Source: an uncultured cyanobacterium
Lineage (GTDB): Bacteria; Cyanobacteriota; Cyanobacteriia; PCC-9006; JAAUQQ01
Assembly: GCA_963718615.1 (NCBI GenBank)
Contig: OY970368.1
Location: forward strand, 2,976,001 to 3,040,000
Reading direction: 5' to 3'
DNA length: 64,000 bases
The notes below the pieces were generated by a model. It was not told the DNA's origin. It was given only the letters and a program-made list of their open reading frames with translations, and did not search any database. Positions 46,357 through 56,103 of the stretch are shown one piece after another. The position numbers and the translations under genes are program-made. The first letter of the stretch is position 1, and every line of letters begins with the position of its first letter.

Positions 46357-46769
46357 ATGTCGCAACCGTTAAATACCTCCACCACTGCTCCTATAATCTT
46401 CAGTTCCACTTAGTCGCTTGCACTAAGTACCGACGAAAGTGCATCACAAAACCCATGCTGGAAAGGATGCGAGAGATATTCGCGCAGACGCTCGTTAAGT
46501 GGGATGGCAACCTGCTTGAGTTTAATGGGGAGGCTGACCATGTTCATCTTCTTATCTCGATCAATCCCAAGGTTCAGCCGTCAAAGTTGGTGAACAACTT
46601 AAAAACTGTCTCTAGTCGGTTACTCAGGAAAGAGTTTGGTGAACACCTTAATCAGATCTACCGAGATAAGCCGATTTTTTGGAGTCGTTCCTACTGCATT
46701 ATTTCTTGTGGCGGAGCCCCTATATCTGTTCTCAGGCAATATATTCAACAGCAGGCCGAGATTGATTAG
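46357..46769 (+). pseudogene. tnpA: Y1 HUH transposase TnpA, apparently frameshifted near codon 7
   Basis: HUH motif (DHVHLL) and catalytic Tyr (RQYIQQQ) are present. The natural ATG at 46357 is out of frame and stops at 46413. Confidence 0.75.
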
Positions 46770-46888
46770 TTGCTTCCTGCGGTCGCGCTCCGCTTCACCA
46801 CCCCCTAACCCTTCGGGTATAGGCGGAGCACTGCGGAAATTTCCGGTAGGGAGGAGCGGAGTCTCCTTGTCTCTTGCAATCAACTTCT

Positions 46889-47809
46889 TTAATAAACTTC
46901 AAACTCAGAGAAAGCCCTGGGAATGCTTCTTAGCAAACAGTTCAAGTCCCTAAAGAGAGACCATTGCTTGAAATAGCGCGGGTCGAGTTGTCTGACGCTT
47001 TCTAACTCAAGAACCGCAGAACCATCAGCGAGCGGACTCAGCGATCGCCCCCGCAGAGGCACTAAACCAATCATCCCTGGCAATGCATTCAGCCATGGGA
47101 GCTGTTCCGGCTCAATCCGGGCCACATCCGCCAAGGCCCAAGGCTGTGGACCCACGAGGCTCATGTCTCCGCGCAGGACATTGATGAGCTGCGGCAGTGC
47201 ATCTAAGCCATAGCGCAAAAGCCATTGCCCCAGAGGGGTAAGCTGGGACGTTGAGCGGGGACTCGCAGCAAACGTCATCGCCTCTGCCACCGCCACGCTG
47301 CGAAATTTTAAGCCTTGAAACAGTTGACCCCGTTGACCCACACACCACTGCCGTAAAAAAATCGGCCCTGGAGTTGTGAAGAGGATTAAGAGCGCGATCG
47401 CCCAAAACACCGGCCCTAATAGCGCCAGCAACAACGCGGCCAATCCCCGATCAATGCTTCCCTTCAGCCACCAGGCCCAAGGTTGGGAGCGTTGGGGCAA
47501 CCCTGGCATTGAGGGCAGGCGGAGATAGGCGGTCTTACCGGTTTGCTGGCACAGCTCGGCCCAAAATTGTAAATCGGTCTCGGCAAGCTGAGGGTCTAGC
47601 AAAACCCCTTGAGCAGGCGATCGCGCCAAACATTGACGAATGCGATCATCTTCATCCTCAACCACCCAAGAGCGATTTGGGTTGCAGTGCTCTAGGACCG
47701 ATTCAACGATCAGCCAGTGTCGCCGCCACCTCAAGGCATAGCGGCGACGAACGCGGGGGAGCGCTGCTTCAGCAGCCACAAGGGAAAAAGGAGAGGACAC
47801 GACATCCAT
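46889..47809 (-). CDS. hepC: HepC-like bacterial sugar transferase (degenerate catalytic motifs)
   Basis: N-terminal extension plus KFRSV, LDALPQLINVLRGDMSLVGPQP and WSLFRDL; gene order GT-wzc-hepC. Confidence 0.7.
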   Translation of the reverse strand: MDVVSSPFSLVAAEAALPRVRRRYALRWRRHWLIVESVLEHCNPNRSWVVEDEDDRIRQCLARSPAQGVLLDPQLAETDLQFWAELCQQTGKTAYLRLPSMPGLPQRSQPWAWWLKGSIDRGLAALLLALLGPVFWAIALLILFTTPGPIFLRQWCVGQRGQLFQGLKFRSVAVAEAMTFAASPRSTSQLTPLGQWLLRYGLDALPQLINVLRGDMSLVGPQPWALADVARIEPEQLPWLNALPGMIGLVPLRGRSLSPLADGSAVLELESVRQLDPRYFKQWSLFRDLNCLLRSIPRAFSEFEVY

Positions 47810-47944
47810 AATTCGTTACGTTGCGCTGCGCCAACGCTCTATCGATTACTAGCTCATCCATAACTCCAAATGCCTTCGCATTTCGATGAGAACATCAACA
47901 GGAATCACAATCTCACACCTCAATTACACCTTGGGCATTACACC

Positions 47945-50176
47945 TTAGGCATTAGCGACATAGGCGTATTGCTGGCGCAAGCGAGACACGCCATTGGCCA
48001 CCACCCCAATCACATTCAAATGCCTGAGATTTTCGAGGGACTGAGTAAGTTCTGTTTTCGTCAGGCGATCCATGCGGCCCACCATCAAAACGCCATCACA
48101 ATGGGTAGCTGTCACGATTGCATCCACCATTCCCGAAGCCGGAGGCGCATCCACAATCACCAAATCGTAATACTGCTCGAACGACTCCATCATCTCCCGC
48201 ATGCGACGGGAGCTGAGCAGCTTGGCGGGATCCCCCGGAATGGGTCCTGCGGTGAGAACCGAAACCCCGGTACGCCCCGCTTCCTCCGCCGTTACGGGCA
48301 GTAGATGAGGCGGCAGTTTGCCGTCTTCGGTCAAAAAGGTTGAAAGACCCTCTTGATTGGGCAGATTCATCAGCTTGTGGAGACTGGGACGCCTGAGATC
48401 CCCATCAATCAGGAGCACTCGACGATGAAGACGCGCTGCACTAAAGGCCAATCCCAGAGCCAGAGTCGATTTACCTTCACCAGGTAAGGCCGAGGTCACA
48501 ACCAATGATTTGAGCGCACCGCTGGCATTGACCAAGTGAATATTTTGGTAAACCAAATCCATGGCTTCCCGGAAGCCCTGCCAGCGCAGAATCGATTTCA
48601 TTGCGGGCGCGAGGGCTGCATCTTCTGCCCCTAGGTGGCGGGGCGATCGCCCAAAATCGCTGCCTTCAACCCGAATGACTGGCACCATCCCCAAGAGGGG
48701 AATCGGCACCTGTTTTTGTAAATCCGCTGAGGTGTGGACCAAGTCGTCTAGGGCTTCTCGGCCAAACGCTGCCATACCGCCCACCATGAACCCAGCCACA
48801 GCGCCTAGGAGCAGATTCTTCTTAAAGTCGGGACCAATCTTGTAGCCATAGAGCGGTTCTTCAACGACTTTCCAATCAAACCCCCCTTTGGCAATTTCCA
48901 ACCCCAACTCTTGCTGGGCTTTGAGTAAAAGCTGGAGGGTTTCCCGATTGGTCACAATTTCGGGTAACAGTCGTCCATACTCGGCCAATAAAGACGGATA
49001 GCGACGAATTTCTGACACCAGTTGTTGACGAGCCCGGAGTAGGCTCTGCTGACGCGCCACTGCGGTATCAAGGTTGAGTCGAGCTCCGATTAATTCATTA
49101 ATCGCATCCACATCGGAGGCCGAAAGCTGCCCTTGAAATAACAATCCTTCCCCATTTCCCCCGCCCACTTCCGTATTGAGCGCACGGCCCATTTCCATAG
49201 CGAGCTGGCCTAGCTGTTGCTGCCGTTGCTCACTCAATTGTTGAACCTGGGGTGTGAGTTCGGTAAAGCGCAGTTTTTGCTGGATAATTGCCAGTTCCGT
49301 TTCCTGGATTTGGTTAAGGATGGCTTGATAGCGGGAGGATTGGGTCAAGCGAGAGGCCAACAGGGCTTGCTCCGGTGACATTCCCACCTGTTGTAATAGC
49401 CCCTGGTAGCGGGTGTTGAGTTCCCGTAGCTGCGAGTCATTCACCCGCAGATCCTGATCCACGGTATTGATCATCGCCACATGGGCCTGGGCCTGTTGCT
49501 CCGGGTCAATCACGCCCTGGTTCTGGCGAAACCGCTCCAGAGCCGTTTCGGCCTGGGTCACCTGATCTCGTGCTTCTGGTAGCTGTTTGTTAATAAAATC
49601 TAATCCTTTAACCAAACGCTCCTCTTGCTGTTCTAGGTTGTAGTCCTGATAGACCTTTTGAACCGCCTGAAGAACCTGCTGGGTTTTGATGGGATCGTTG
49701 TCGACGTAGTCCACCTGAAAAATTTTCGTTGCGCTTCCGGCTTTCTTGTCGCCGCTGCCGACTTGGCTAAGCTTGAGGGATTTGCGAAAGGCAATAAACG
49801 AAGCCGGATCTTGGGGATTAAACTCGTCGGGATAGTTCTCTTTGAGCGCTAGCATCGCCCGCTGAATCAAGCTGGAGCTTTGCATCAAACTCAGTTGGGT
49901 GGCCATATCGCTTTGGATATTGACATCAATGATATCGCCCCCGGCATCATTCTTCTTGCTCTGATAGTTCGATTCCACCAGGAGCTGCATGGAGCTGATG
50001 TACACCGGATCCTGGCGAACGGTATGAACGACGGCGATCGCCAAAGCCGCTACCACTGCCCCCAAGACCCAAAACTTGCGGCGTACCAAAATGGCAAAAA
50101 GCTGCCCATAGCCTAGATCATTGTCTGTGTCTAGGTTTTGATTGAGGGTTTGAAATGGCATGTTTGTTGCGGTCAT
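47945..50176 (-). CDS. wzc: polysaccharide co-polymerase/tyrosine autokinase (Wzc/GumC)
   Basis: Two TM segments flanking a coiled coil; TSALPGEGKST, LIDGDLRRP and VIVDAPP; short Tyr tail. Confidence 0.9.
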   Translation of the reverse strand: MTATNMPFQTLNQNLDTDNDLGYGQLFAILVRRKFWVLGAVVAALAIAVVHTVRQDPVYISSMQLLVESNYQSKKNDAGGDIIDVNIQSDMATQLSLMQSSSLIQRAMLALKENYPDEFNPQDPASFIAFRKSLKLSQVGSGDKKAGSATKIFQVDYVDNDPIKTQQVLQAVQKVYQDYNLEQQEERLVKGLDFINKQLPEARDQVTQAETALERFRQNQGVIDPEQQAQAHVAMINTVDQDLRVNDSQLRELNTRYQGLLQQVGMSPEQALLASRLTQSSRYQAILNQIQETELAIIQQKLRFTELTPQVQQLSEQRQQQLGQLAMEMGRALNTEVGGGNGEGLLFQGQLSASDVDAINELIGARLNLDTAVARQQSLLRARQQLVSEIRRYPSLLAEYGRLLPEIVTNRETLQLLLKAQQELGLEIAKGGFDWKVVEEPLYGYKIGPDFKKNLLLGAVAGFMVGGMAAFGREALDDLVHTSADLQKQVPIPLLGMVPVIRVEGSDFGRSPRHLGAEDAALAPAMKSILRWQGFREAMDLVYQNIHLVNASGALKSLVVTSALPGEGKSTLALGLAFSAARLHRRVLLIDGDLRRPSLHKLMNLPNQEGLSTFLTEDGKLPPHLLPVTAEEAGRTGVSVLTAGPIPGDPAKLLSSRRMREMMESFEQYYDLVIVDAPPASGMVDAIVTATHCDGVLMVGRMDRLTKTELTQSLENLRHLNVIGVVANGVSRLRQQYAYVANA

Positions 50177-50354
50177 GCAGGCTCCCGATGGTCATCGATA
50201 ACGGTCAACAATAATTCAATCTCTAAGCGCCAAAAGACTCACTATTTGAGATTCCGAGCATTTTTCCTTGGAGTCCGGATAGATTCCTCTAAACCTCAAT
50301 TCTTGACGCAATCTTTAAATAGAGGTAAATACAGGCCCGTGGCTTAGATTGTTC

Positions 50355-51443
50355 CTAAGCCAGGGCGAGATAGGGAGACAAAATTTGATCAACCTGACTA
50401 AAAAAGGCCCGTTGCGAAAACTGATTCACCGCATGGTCTCGGATCATCTGGTAGTTCCAGGCTCGGCCCCTAAACTCGCTTAAGGCCGCTAGCAAGGACT
50501 CTGGACTCTGGCGTTCAAATAACAATCCGGTTTTGCCATGGACTTGCGTATCTAACACCCCTCCCGCACCGTAGGCAACGACCGGTGTTCCGCTGGCATT
50601 GGCTTCAATGGGAACCAGACCATAGTCCTCTAAGGCCGCGACAATCACGGCTTTGGCATTGGCCATGAGCGATCGCCGTTCTGCATCACTCACATGTCCT
50701 AAAAACTTGACATTGGGCAGCGCCTGACGTTCTAGGCGATCGCGCTCGGGACCATCCCCAGTGATATATAGGGGCCATCCCAGCCAATTAAACGCTTCGA
50801 TAATGACATCGATCCGCTTATAGCTCAGGAGTCGAGCTGAAACCAGATAAAACTCTTCTTTAATCTCCGAAAAGGCAAATTGCCGGTCATCAATAGGATA
50901 GTTAATGACTAGGGCATCTTGGCCATAGACGCGGCGAATCCGCTCGGCGACGGTCGTAGAGTTGGCAATATAAAGGTCAGGTTCTTGGGAGTACTTGAGG
51001 TCTAGCGCTCGCATCGGTTGAAAAATTGCCTCCAGGGCAGGTTTGAGCAATTTAAACCCGCTAAACTCGCGCAAATAGGTATCCGTATCCCACAGAAAAC
51101 GGGTGACATTATGACAAAAGCAGATGTGCTTCGCATCAGGCCGTTTCCGAACGGATTTGGCAAAGCTGGTCGAGCTGCTGATAATCAAATCGTAAGCTTG
51201 CAAATCAAGGGATCGAAAGGCAGGAAAGTAAAGCGGAGCCATCAGGCGAAAATGCTGTTTTGCACCTGGAATATGCTGAAGCCAGGTCGTGTTGATGGTC
51301 CGATGCTGAAAATTAACCGTCTGACTCGGGTTATAGAGAGAGGTAAAAATATCTGCCGTTGGATACCGCTGACAAAGCAGCTCAAAGACCCGCTCTGCCC
51401 CACCCGGCTGGGTGAGGTAGTCGTGCACCAGTGCAACTTTCAT
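50355..51443 (-). CDS. family 4 glycosyltransferase
   Basis: Motifs MKVALVHDYL..GGAERV, RLLSYKR and EDYGLVPIEANASG. Confidence 0.92.
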   Translation of the reverse strand: MKVALVHDYLTQPGGAERVFELLCQRYPTADIFTSLYNPSQTVNFQHRTINTTWLQHIPGAKQHFRLMAPLYFPAFRSLDLQAYDLIISSSTSFAKSVRKRPDAKHICFCHNVTRFLWDTDTYLREFSGFKLLKPALEAIFQPMRALDLKYSQEPDLYIANSTTVAERIRRVYGQDALVINYPIDDRQFAFSEIKEEFYLVSARLLSYKRIDVIIEAFNWLGWPLYITGDGPERDRLERQALPNVKFLGHVSDAERRSLMANAKAVIVAALEDYGLVPIEANASGTPVVAYGAGGVLDTQVHGKTGLLFERQSPESLLAALSEFRGRAWNYQMIRDHAVNQFSQRAFFSQVDQILSPYLALA

Positions 51444-51714
51444 GGAATAAAACTATGCCTCCACATCAGTTAAGGCATTCCACCGATGAAGCATCCGTAG
51501 AACACCTCAGCCCTTTAATGAATCTGGACTTGGAGGTAGGCAGCCTGACTGATCGTATTATTGACGATCTAAGAGTAAATATTGTCGCTTAGTGATTACT
51601 TTATCCTATCCTGACGTAAATTGCCTAATTTCATATAGGCAGTATCAAAAAGCATAGACCTCTCACTGATTCTTGGTGAAATGCTGCTATTTCGTGATCC
51701 CAGACATTCCTCTC

Positions 51715-51730
51715 TGTGACTTAAATCACA
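51715..51730. promoter_or_regulatory. CRP-family binding site
   Basis: TGTGA-CTTAAA-TCACA, a perfect TGTGA-N6-TCACA, upstream of GT4-wzc-hepC. Confidence 0.65.
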
Positions 51731-51809
51731 TTTTTGTGGGCGCGATACTGTTGTGATCAAGGCTCGATTTTAGGTCGGAAAACGTTTTTAATGAGATATG
51801 AATGCAGTC

Positions 51810-51849
51810 AAAAAAACTTTCTGGATGTCTTTGACTTCACACCAGAAAG
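51810..51849 (-). terminator. probable intrinsic terminator downstream of wza
   Basis: Minus-strand CTTTCTGG...CCAGAAAG hairpin followed by a T run. Confidence 0.55.
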
Positions 51850-51911
51850 CTTTTGAAATGGAATAATAATTGCCGATTTGAAACTTCAAAATGAATCAAG
51901 AGGCAACCCCT

Positions 51912-51944
51912 ATCCCAGGGACAAACCGCGTTTGTCCCTGGGAT
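51912..51944. repeat. perfect 15-bp inverted repeat 3' of wza
   Basis: ATCCCAGGGACAAAC-CGC-GTTTGTCCCTGGGAT. Confidence 0.8.
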
Positions 51945-52018
51945 CTGATACCCACTCAACTCTGTTGTCGGTTGGATGAAGCAAGGTAAAATTCAACCTA
52001 ACACTGCTAAGGGATTAA

Positions 52019-53566
52019 CTAGTTGTTACCCCCAAAAAACAGATTGCGGATGAGATTGAAGAAGCCAAAACCGCCTACGACTGGATTGAGGACCTTACCA
52101 AAAATATCTGTGGCGGTGCTAAATCGAGATCGAGCAATCACCAGCGTATCGCCATTGCGCAATGGGGGATTTTGGTTTGAATTGACGGCAGCAGCCAAAT
52201 CAATATTGATTTCTCGTTTCTCTACAGACCCATTGGGATTGAGGCGAAGCAGCGTGACCTGACCCGTTTGGGCGCGATCATTGTAGCCGCCAGCCGACAA
52301 TAATGCCTGATTGAGTGGCGCATTGGGCTTCAGTTCAACGGGACCGGGTTTCACGACTTCACCCGCAACATTGACCAAAATACTGTTGGGAGAGAAGCTT
52401 GCTGTTGCAATGTCCGTCAGATCAGCCTCGTTGAGGGTATCGGCTTTAGCAATGACAATTGTGTCACCATCTTGCAGGGGCAGATCTTGACGGAATTCAC
52501 CGGATTTAAGCAAATCCCAGAAATTCAGCGTGGTTTCTTGAGTGTTGCCGCTGCGAGTGGTTCGGCGGATTTGGATAGACCGCACATCTGCTTGTTGGGT
52601 AATGCCGCCCGCCTGCTGAATCGCTTTGGTGACCGTGGGAGCACTGATGGTAACGGTGTTGCCATCGCGATCGCGGAAAGGTTCCCCGGTTAATGTGTAA
52701 GGACCGGGTCGGTTGACCTCACCCACAATAGAAACCGTCAAAGGCTGATTGGGGGAGGTGGCAAAGGGAGCCTTAGCCAACAGCCAGGACCGATCCACGT
52801 CGATTTCTTGGGTGGAGGGGACATAAATGCTGTCGCCATCCCGCAAGCGTAAATCCTGGCTAATATCGCCTCGCTGCAGCAAATCCCATAAATCCACGGT
52901 GATGATTTGAGGTTGTCCCTGGGCGGAGGCGAGGGGACGACGAATTTGAACATTGCGTAAATCCGCAGCGAGGGTTACCCCCTGGGCGAGGCGCAGCATC
53001 CGGGTCACCGTTGGGGTCACATTGCCGCCCGCCGCTGCATTTTCACTGGCTAAATTGTAGGAACCGGCTTGGTTAACTTCCCCAGCCACTGCAATGTTAA
53101 TTGGGCGTGCTGCAACCAGGCTGACCGTCACCACGGGGTAGCGCAGCAGCGCAGCAGCCTTGCCGCCAATCAGATTTTCCGCTTGGCTCAGGGTGCGACC
53201 TCGGACGGAAACAGACCCGATTTGGGGAACATTCACGGTGCCATTGGGCAGGACCTGAAATTCACCGCTGAGTTCTGGCACATTAAAAAAGTCGATCCGC
53301 ACGCGATCGCCCGCACCCAGCAAATAATCCTCAGAAACAGCGCCCACCCCTGCACCACTCAACTGAGGCAGAGGGGCTTGATTGGGAAAAGACTGAGCCA
53401 AGACAGCAGGTTGAATCGCCCCGAGTAGCAAAGCAGACAATAATGCCGGATAGCGAAGACTCCGTCGGTTTCTGCGGCTCTGATCGCCTCTCTCCACAGC
53501 AGTTTTGCCTGTCTCCTGAACCGAGACAACGATTTCTTTAGAAGCACTCATGTATTTAGATTTCAT
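52019..53566 (-). CDS. wza: polysaccharide export protein (Wza/OPX, SLBB repeats)
   Basis: YLLGAGDRVRI Poly_export domain and three V.GEV..PG SLBB repeats. Start uncertain (53551, 53566 or 53632). Confidence 0.9.
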   Translation of the reverse strand: MKSKYMSASKEIVVSVQETGKTAVERGDQSRRNRRSLRYPALLSALLLGAIQPAVLAQSFPNQAPLPQLSGAGVGAVSEDYLLGAGDRVRIDFFNVPELSGEFQVLPNGTVNVPQIGSVSVRGRTLSQAENLIGGKAAALLRYPVVTVSLVAARPINIAVAGEVNQAGSYNLASENAAAGGNVTPTVTRMLRLAQGVTLAADLRNVQIRRPLASAQGQPQIITVDLWDLLQRGDISQDLRLRDGDSIYVPSTQEIDVDRSWLLAKAPFATSPNQPLTVSIVGEVNRPGPYTLTGEPFRDRDGNTVTISAPTVTKAIQQAGGITQQADVRSIQIRRTTRSGNTQETTLNFWDLLKSGEFRQDLPLQDGDTIVIAKADTLNEADLTDIATASFSPNSILVNVAGEVVKPGPVELKPNAPLNQALLSAGGYNDRAQTGQVTLLRLNPNGSVEKREINIDLAAAVNSNQNPPLRNGDTLVIARSRFSTATDIFGKVLNPVVGGFGFFNLIRNLFFGGNN

Positions 53567-54214
53567 AGTGTAATTTTGAAGCTCTCCCACAATCCCACGG
53601 GTCGTCAATTTGATTGAATCGCGACTGGACAAACCTTGAGCGAACAGTTAACGCCCCAGCCTCTATTATCTCCATAAAGAATTGGTCTCTTTCCTATAGA
53701 ACCCAAGCAATCCGCCCGTTACACTGAGGTGGCAATATTTTTCAGTAGCATTTTTCATCCGTACTCATTTTACGAATCCCAGTGTAAGCGGTCTTCTAGA
53801 GAAAATGCCATGGCTCTGGCCTGGATTAGACACATCGCTGAGGACAGCGTCCGCAAAATTTCTGAATGGACCAACAAAAGTTATCGAGACCCGGTCGGTA
53901 ACTCAGAGAGTCCACCGAGCTCTGAGACCGAGGATAAGCCGGTGGGGCGATCGCTCAATCTTCCTGTTGTTCCTCATCCAGACCATTTCCCAAACCCAAT
54001 CGAAGCCTCCTGACACTAGTCTGCCTATGACTTCTCCGAGTCAGGTTGAGTTCCGGATTTTTTATTCTGCAAACTTGCGGATCTTGCTCAGAAGTCCTGA
54101 AGTAATCATTAAGACGAGTTTCTAGCTAAGGAGACAACCTGTGTCGTCGGGCACCTTTGCCCTCGCCAGTTTCTTCTCCGTCGCAATGGCTGACTGCAGG
54201 AGCTGCAATCTGTA

Positions 54215-56062
54215 ATGAAGGACTTTCAACACCCATCCGACCACGACCCGCTGAATGAAGACTTTTTGGGGGACGCTGGGGAACCCACTGAGACCTCTGC
54301 TACAAATACCGCTGACGATCTTCACGAATCCTCGGAACCTACCGAGGGGACGGTTGACACCATCGGGGAAGTAATGGAGGTTGAAGTGCTGGACGAATCC
54401 GGTCAGGAGCGCTCCTACGAGGTCTATCAAGAAGGCTCTCTTACCTACTTCCGTTATTACTTGGACGACGAGGAAAACGGCACCGACTACTATGGCATGG
54501 GCGATCGCGAAGCGGGAATTTCCCCTCGTCCATTTCTCTCCGCTGGCGCGGTAGGGGTTGGCGTTCTCGCCGCTACCTTTGGAGTAGGCCTCTTGGTCGC
54601 AGAAATGACGAATCGGGGCTCCGAGGCCAAGGTTGCAAACGATGATGCCGAGCAACGCCCCATTGGCGGCAAGGAGCTCACGGCGGCGGCCAAGGTTGCC
54701 ACCACTGCACCCGAAGCCGGTAAGCCAGATTGGTCTTCGCCCAACAAAACATTAGCAACCAAGGCCGGGTCTTCAAAAACCGATAGCTTGTTGACTGCTG
54801 CGTCCGCCGACAAGATTTCTAGCGCAGCGACGAAGTTAGAGGCCCAGGTTAAAACCGCTACAAAACCGACCGCGAATCCCCTGGGTGCTGCCGCCATGGC
54901 CTCCACTTGGGGAGTCTCAGGGGCTGCAACACCGGTGGGAGCAAGCAATCCCTATCTAGCTCCTGTGGCCTCTGCCACCTCAGCAGCCCGACCGAACTAT
55001 CAGGTGGTCTCCATGAGTTCGCTGCCTCCCATCTCCCTGGGCCAGCGACCGGGTGCCCCTGGTCCAGCTGCTGCCGTGGCAGAAGAGCAGCGCCGTTTAG
55101 CCGCGCGGATGGCCGCCATCCGTAACGCTAACAATGCATCCATTGCCTCAGCGGATGTGGCTAGTGCCTCTACCTCAGATCCCTATACCCTGAGCGCAGC
55201 GGTCAGCCCCTGGCGTCCTGACCTGCCCAAGCGGACCTATGTAGCAGATCCCGTACAGCTTCCCCCGTCTAATGTTCGGGTTCAGCAACCGGAGGCGATC
55301 GCCGCAACGAGCACTCCGAGCTATGCTAATTCTGGACTCCTCGCGGCACCGGAAACGAATCCGGTCTCAGCAGCTGCGATGCAACGGGCCGAGGAACAAA
55401 AGCAAAAGCTCACCCAAGCGATTGCGAAACCAGTGGCTGGGCTTCTCCTGGTTTCGGTAGATGGTCAGACCCCTACAGCGACTCAACCTAGCCTGCAGGC
55501 TCAGCCGTTGCCCGTTGCCCCTCCGGCACCAGCGGTTCAGACCCCGGTTATTCAGCCCATCATGGAAGAGAATCCTACGAATGAGGATGAGGATTTGCTT
55601 CAGGCCCAAGGGATCGCTGAACCGGCAGGTCTGGTTCAAAGCCTTCAACAGCTAATCACCTTGGCCCAAAGTTCATCGTCGATCCCCAAATCCTATCCGC
55701 TCACCCAGGAAGTCGCCCAAGAAGCCCTGCGTTCTAGCAATCAACTCGCCCAATTTCGGGTTTTATCGCTCAACGCGACGGACTATCAGCAGCTTTGGCG
55801 CATGACTGCCCAATCTGCCGATCGCCTTCTGGCTCCGATGCATGGATTTGTGGACTATCAACGTCATGTGATTGCAGTGGTTGATGGTGATGTGAATGCA
55901 GCTCTGCCGGAAACGACGACAGCCGTTGCCCTATCCGACAGTCCTGCCATTGCGAATAACTTGACCTCGGGATTTGATTTTCAAGAGGACAAGGTACAGG
56001 CTCTCGCTCAGGCATTAACGCCTCAGACCGGTCGTTTAGTACCGGATGACCAAAAACTCTAG
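54215..56062 (+). CDS. hypothetical single-pass membrane protein with acidic N-terminus and Ala/Pro/Ser-rich region
   Basis: 615-aa ORF with one hydrophobic segment (AGAVGVGVLAATFGVGLLV), followed by a terminator. Confidence 0.75.
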   Translation: MKDFQHPSDHDPLNEDFLGDAGEPTETSATNTADDLHESSEPTEGTVDTIGEVMEVEVLDESGQERSYEVYQEGSLTYFRYYLDDEENGTDYYGMGDREAGISPRPFLSAGAVGVGVLAATFGVGLLVAEMTNRGSEAKVANDDAEQRPIGGKELTAAAKVATTAPEAGKPDWSSPNKTLATKAGSSKTDSLLTAASADKISSAATKLEAQVKTATKPTANPLGAAAMASTWGVSGAATPVGASNPYLAPVASATSAARPNYQVVSMSSLPPISLGQRPGAPGPAAAVAEEQRRLAARMAAIRNANNASIASADVASASTSDPYTLSAAVSPWRPDLPKRTYVADPVQLPPSNVRVQQPEAIAATSTPSYANSGLLAAPETNPVSAAAMQRAEEQKQKLTQAIAKPVAGLLLVSVDGQTPTATQPSLQAQPLPVAPPAPAVQTPVIQPIMEENPTNEDEDLLQAQGIAEPAGLVQSLQQLITLAQSSSSIPKSYPLTQEVAQEALRSSNQLAQFRVLSLNATDYQQLWRMTAQSADRLLAPMHGFVDYQRHVIAVVDGDVNAALPETTTAVALSDSPAIANNLTSGFDFQEDKVQALAQALTPQTGRLVPDDQKL

Positions 56063-56072
56063 TTCATAGATT

Positions 56073-56103
56073 GGGGGACAGGATGTGATTCTGTCCCCTT
56101 TTT
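56073..56103 (+). terminator. intrinsic terminator
   Basis: GGGGACAG...CTGTCCCC followed by a T run. Confidence 0.75.

Larger units (their letters stand above)
45062..46878 (-). mobile_element. IS200/IS605-family element (divergent tnpA and tnpB)
   Basis: Right end: subterminal hairpin ending in TCAA (minus strand, 45065-45062). Putative left target TTGAT at minus strand 46883-46879. No HIP1 seen inside. Confidence 0.8.

Noticed and set aside
53729-54125. Small ORFs between wza and the 615-aa gene
   Set aside because: They overlap each other and have no motif or clear RBS; probably divergent promoter sequence.
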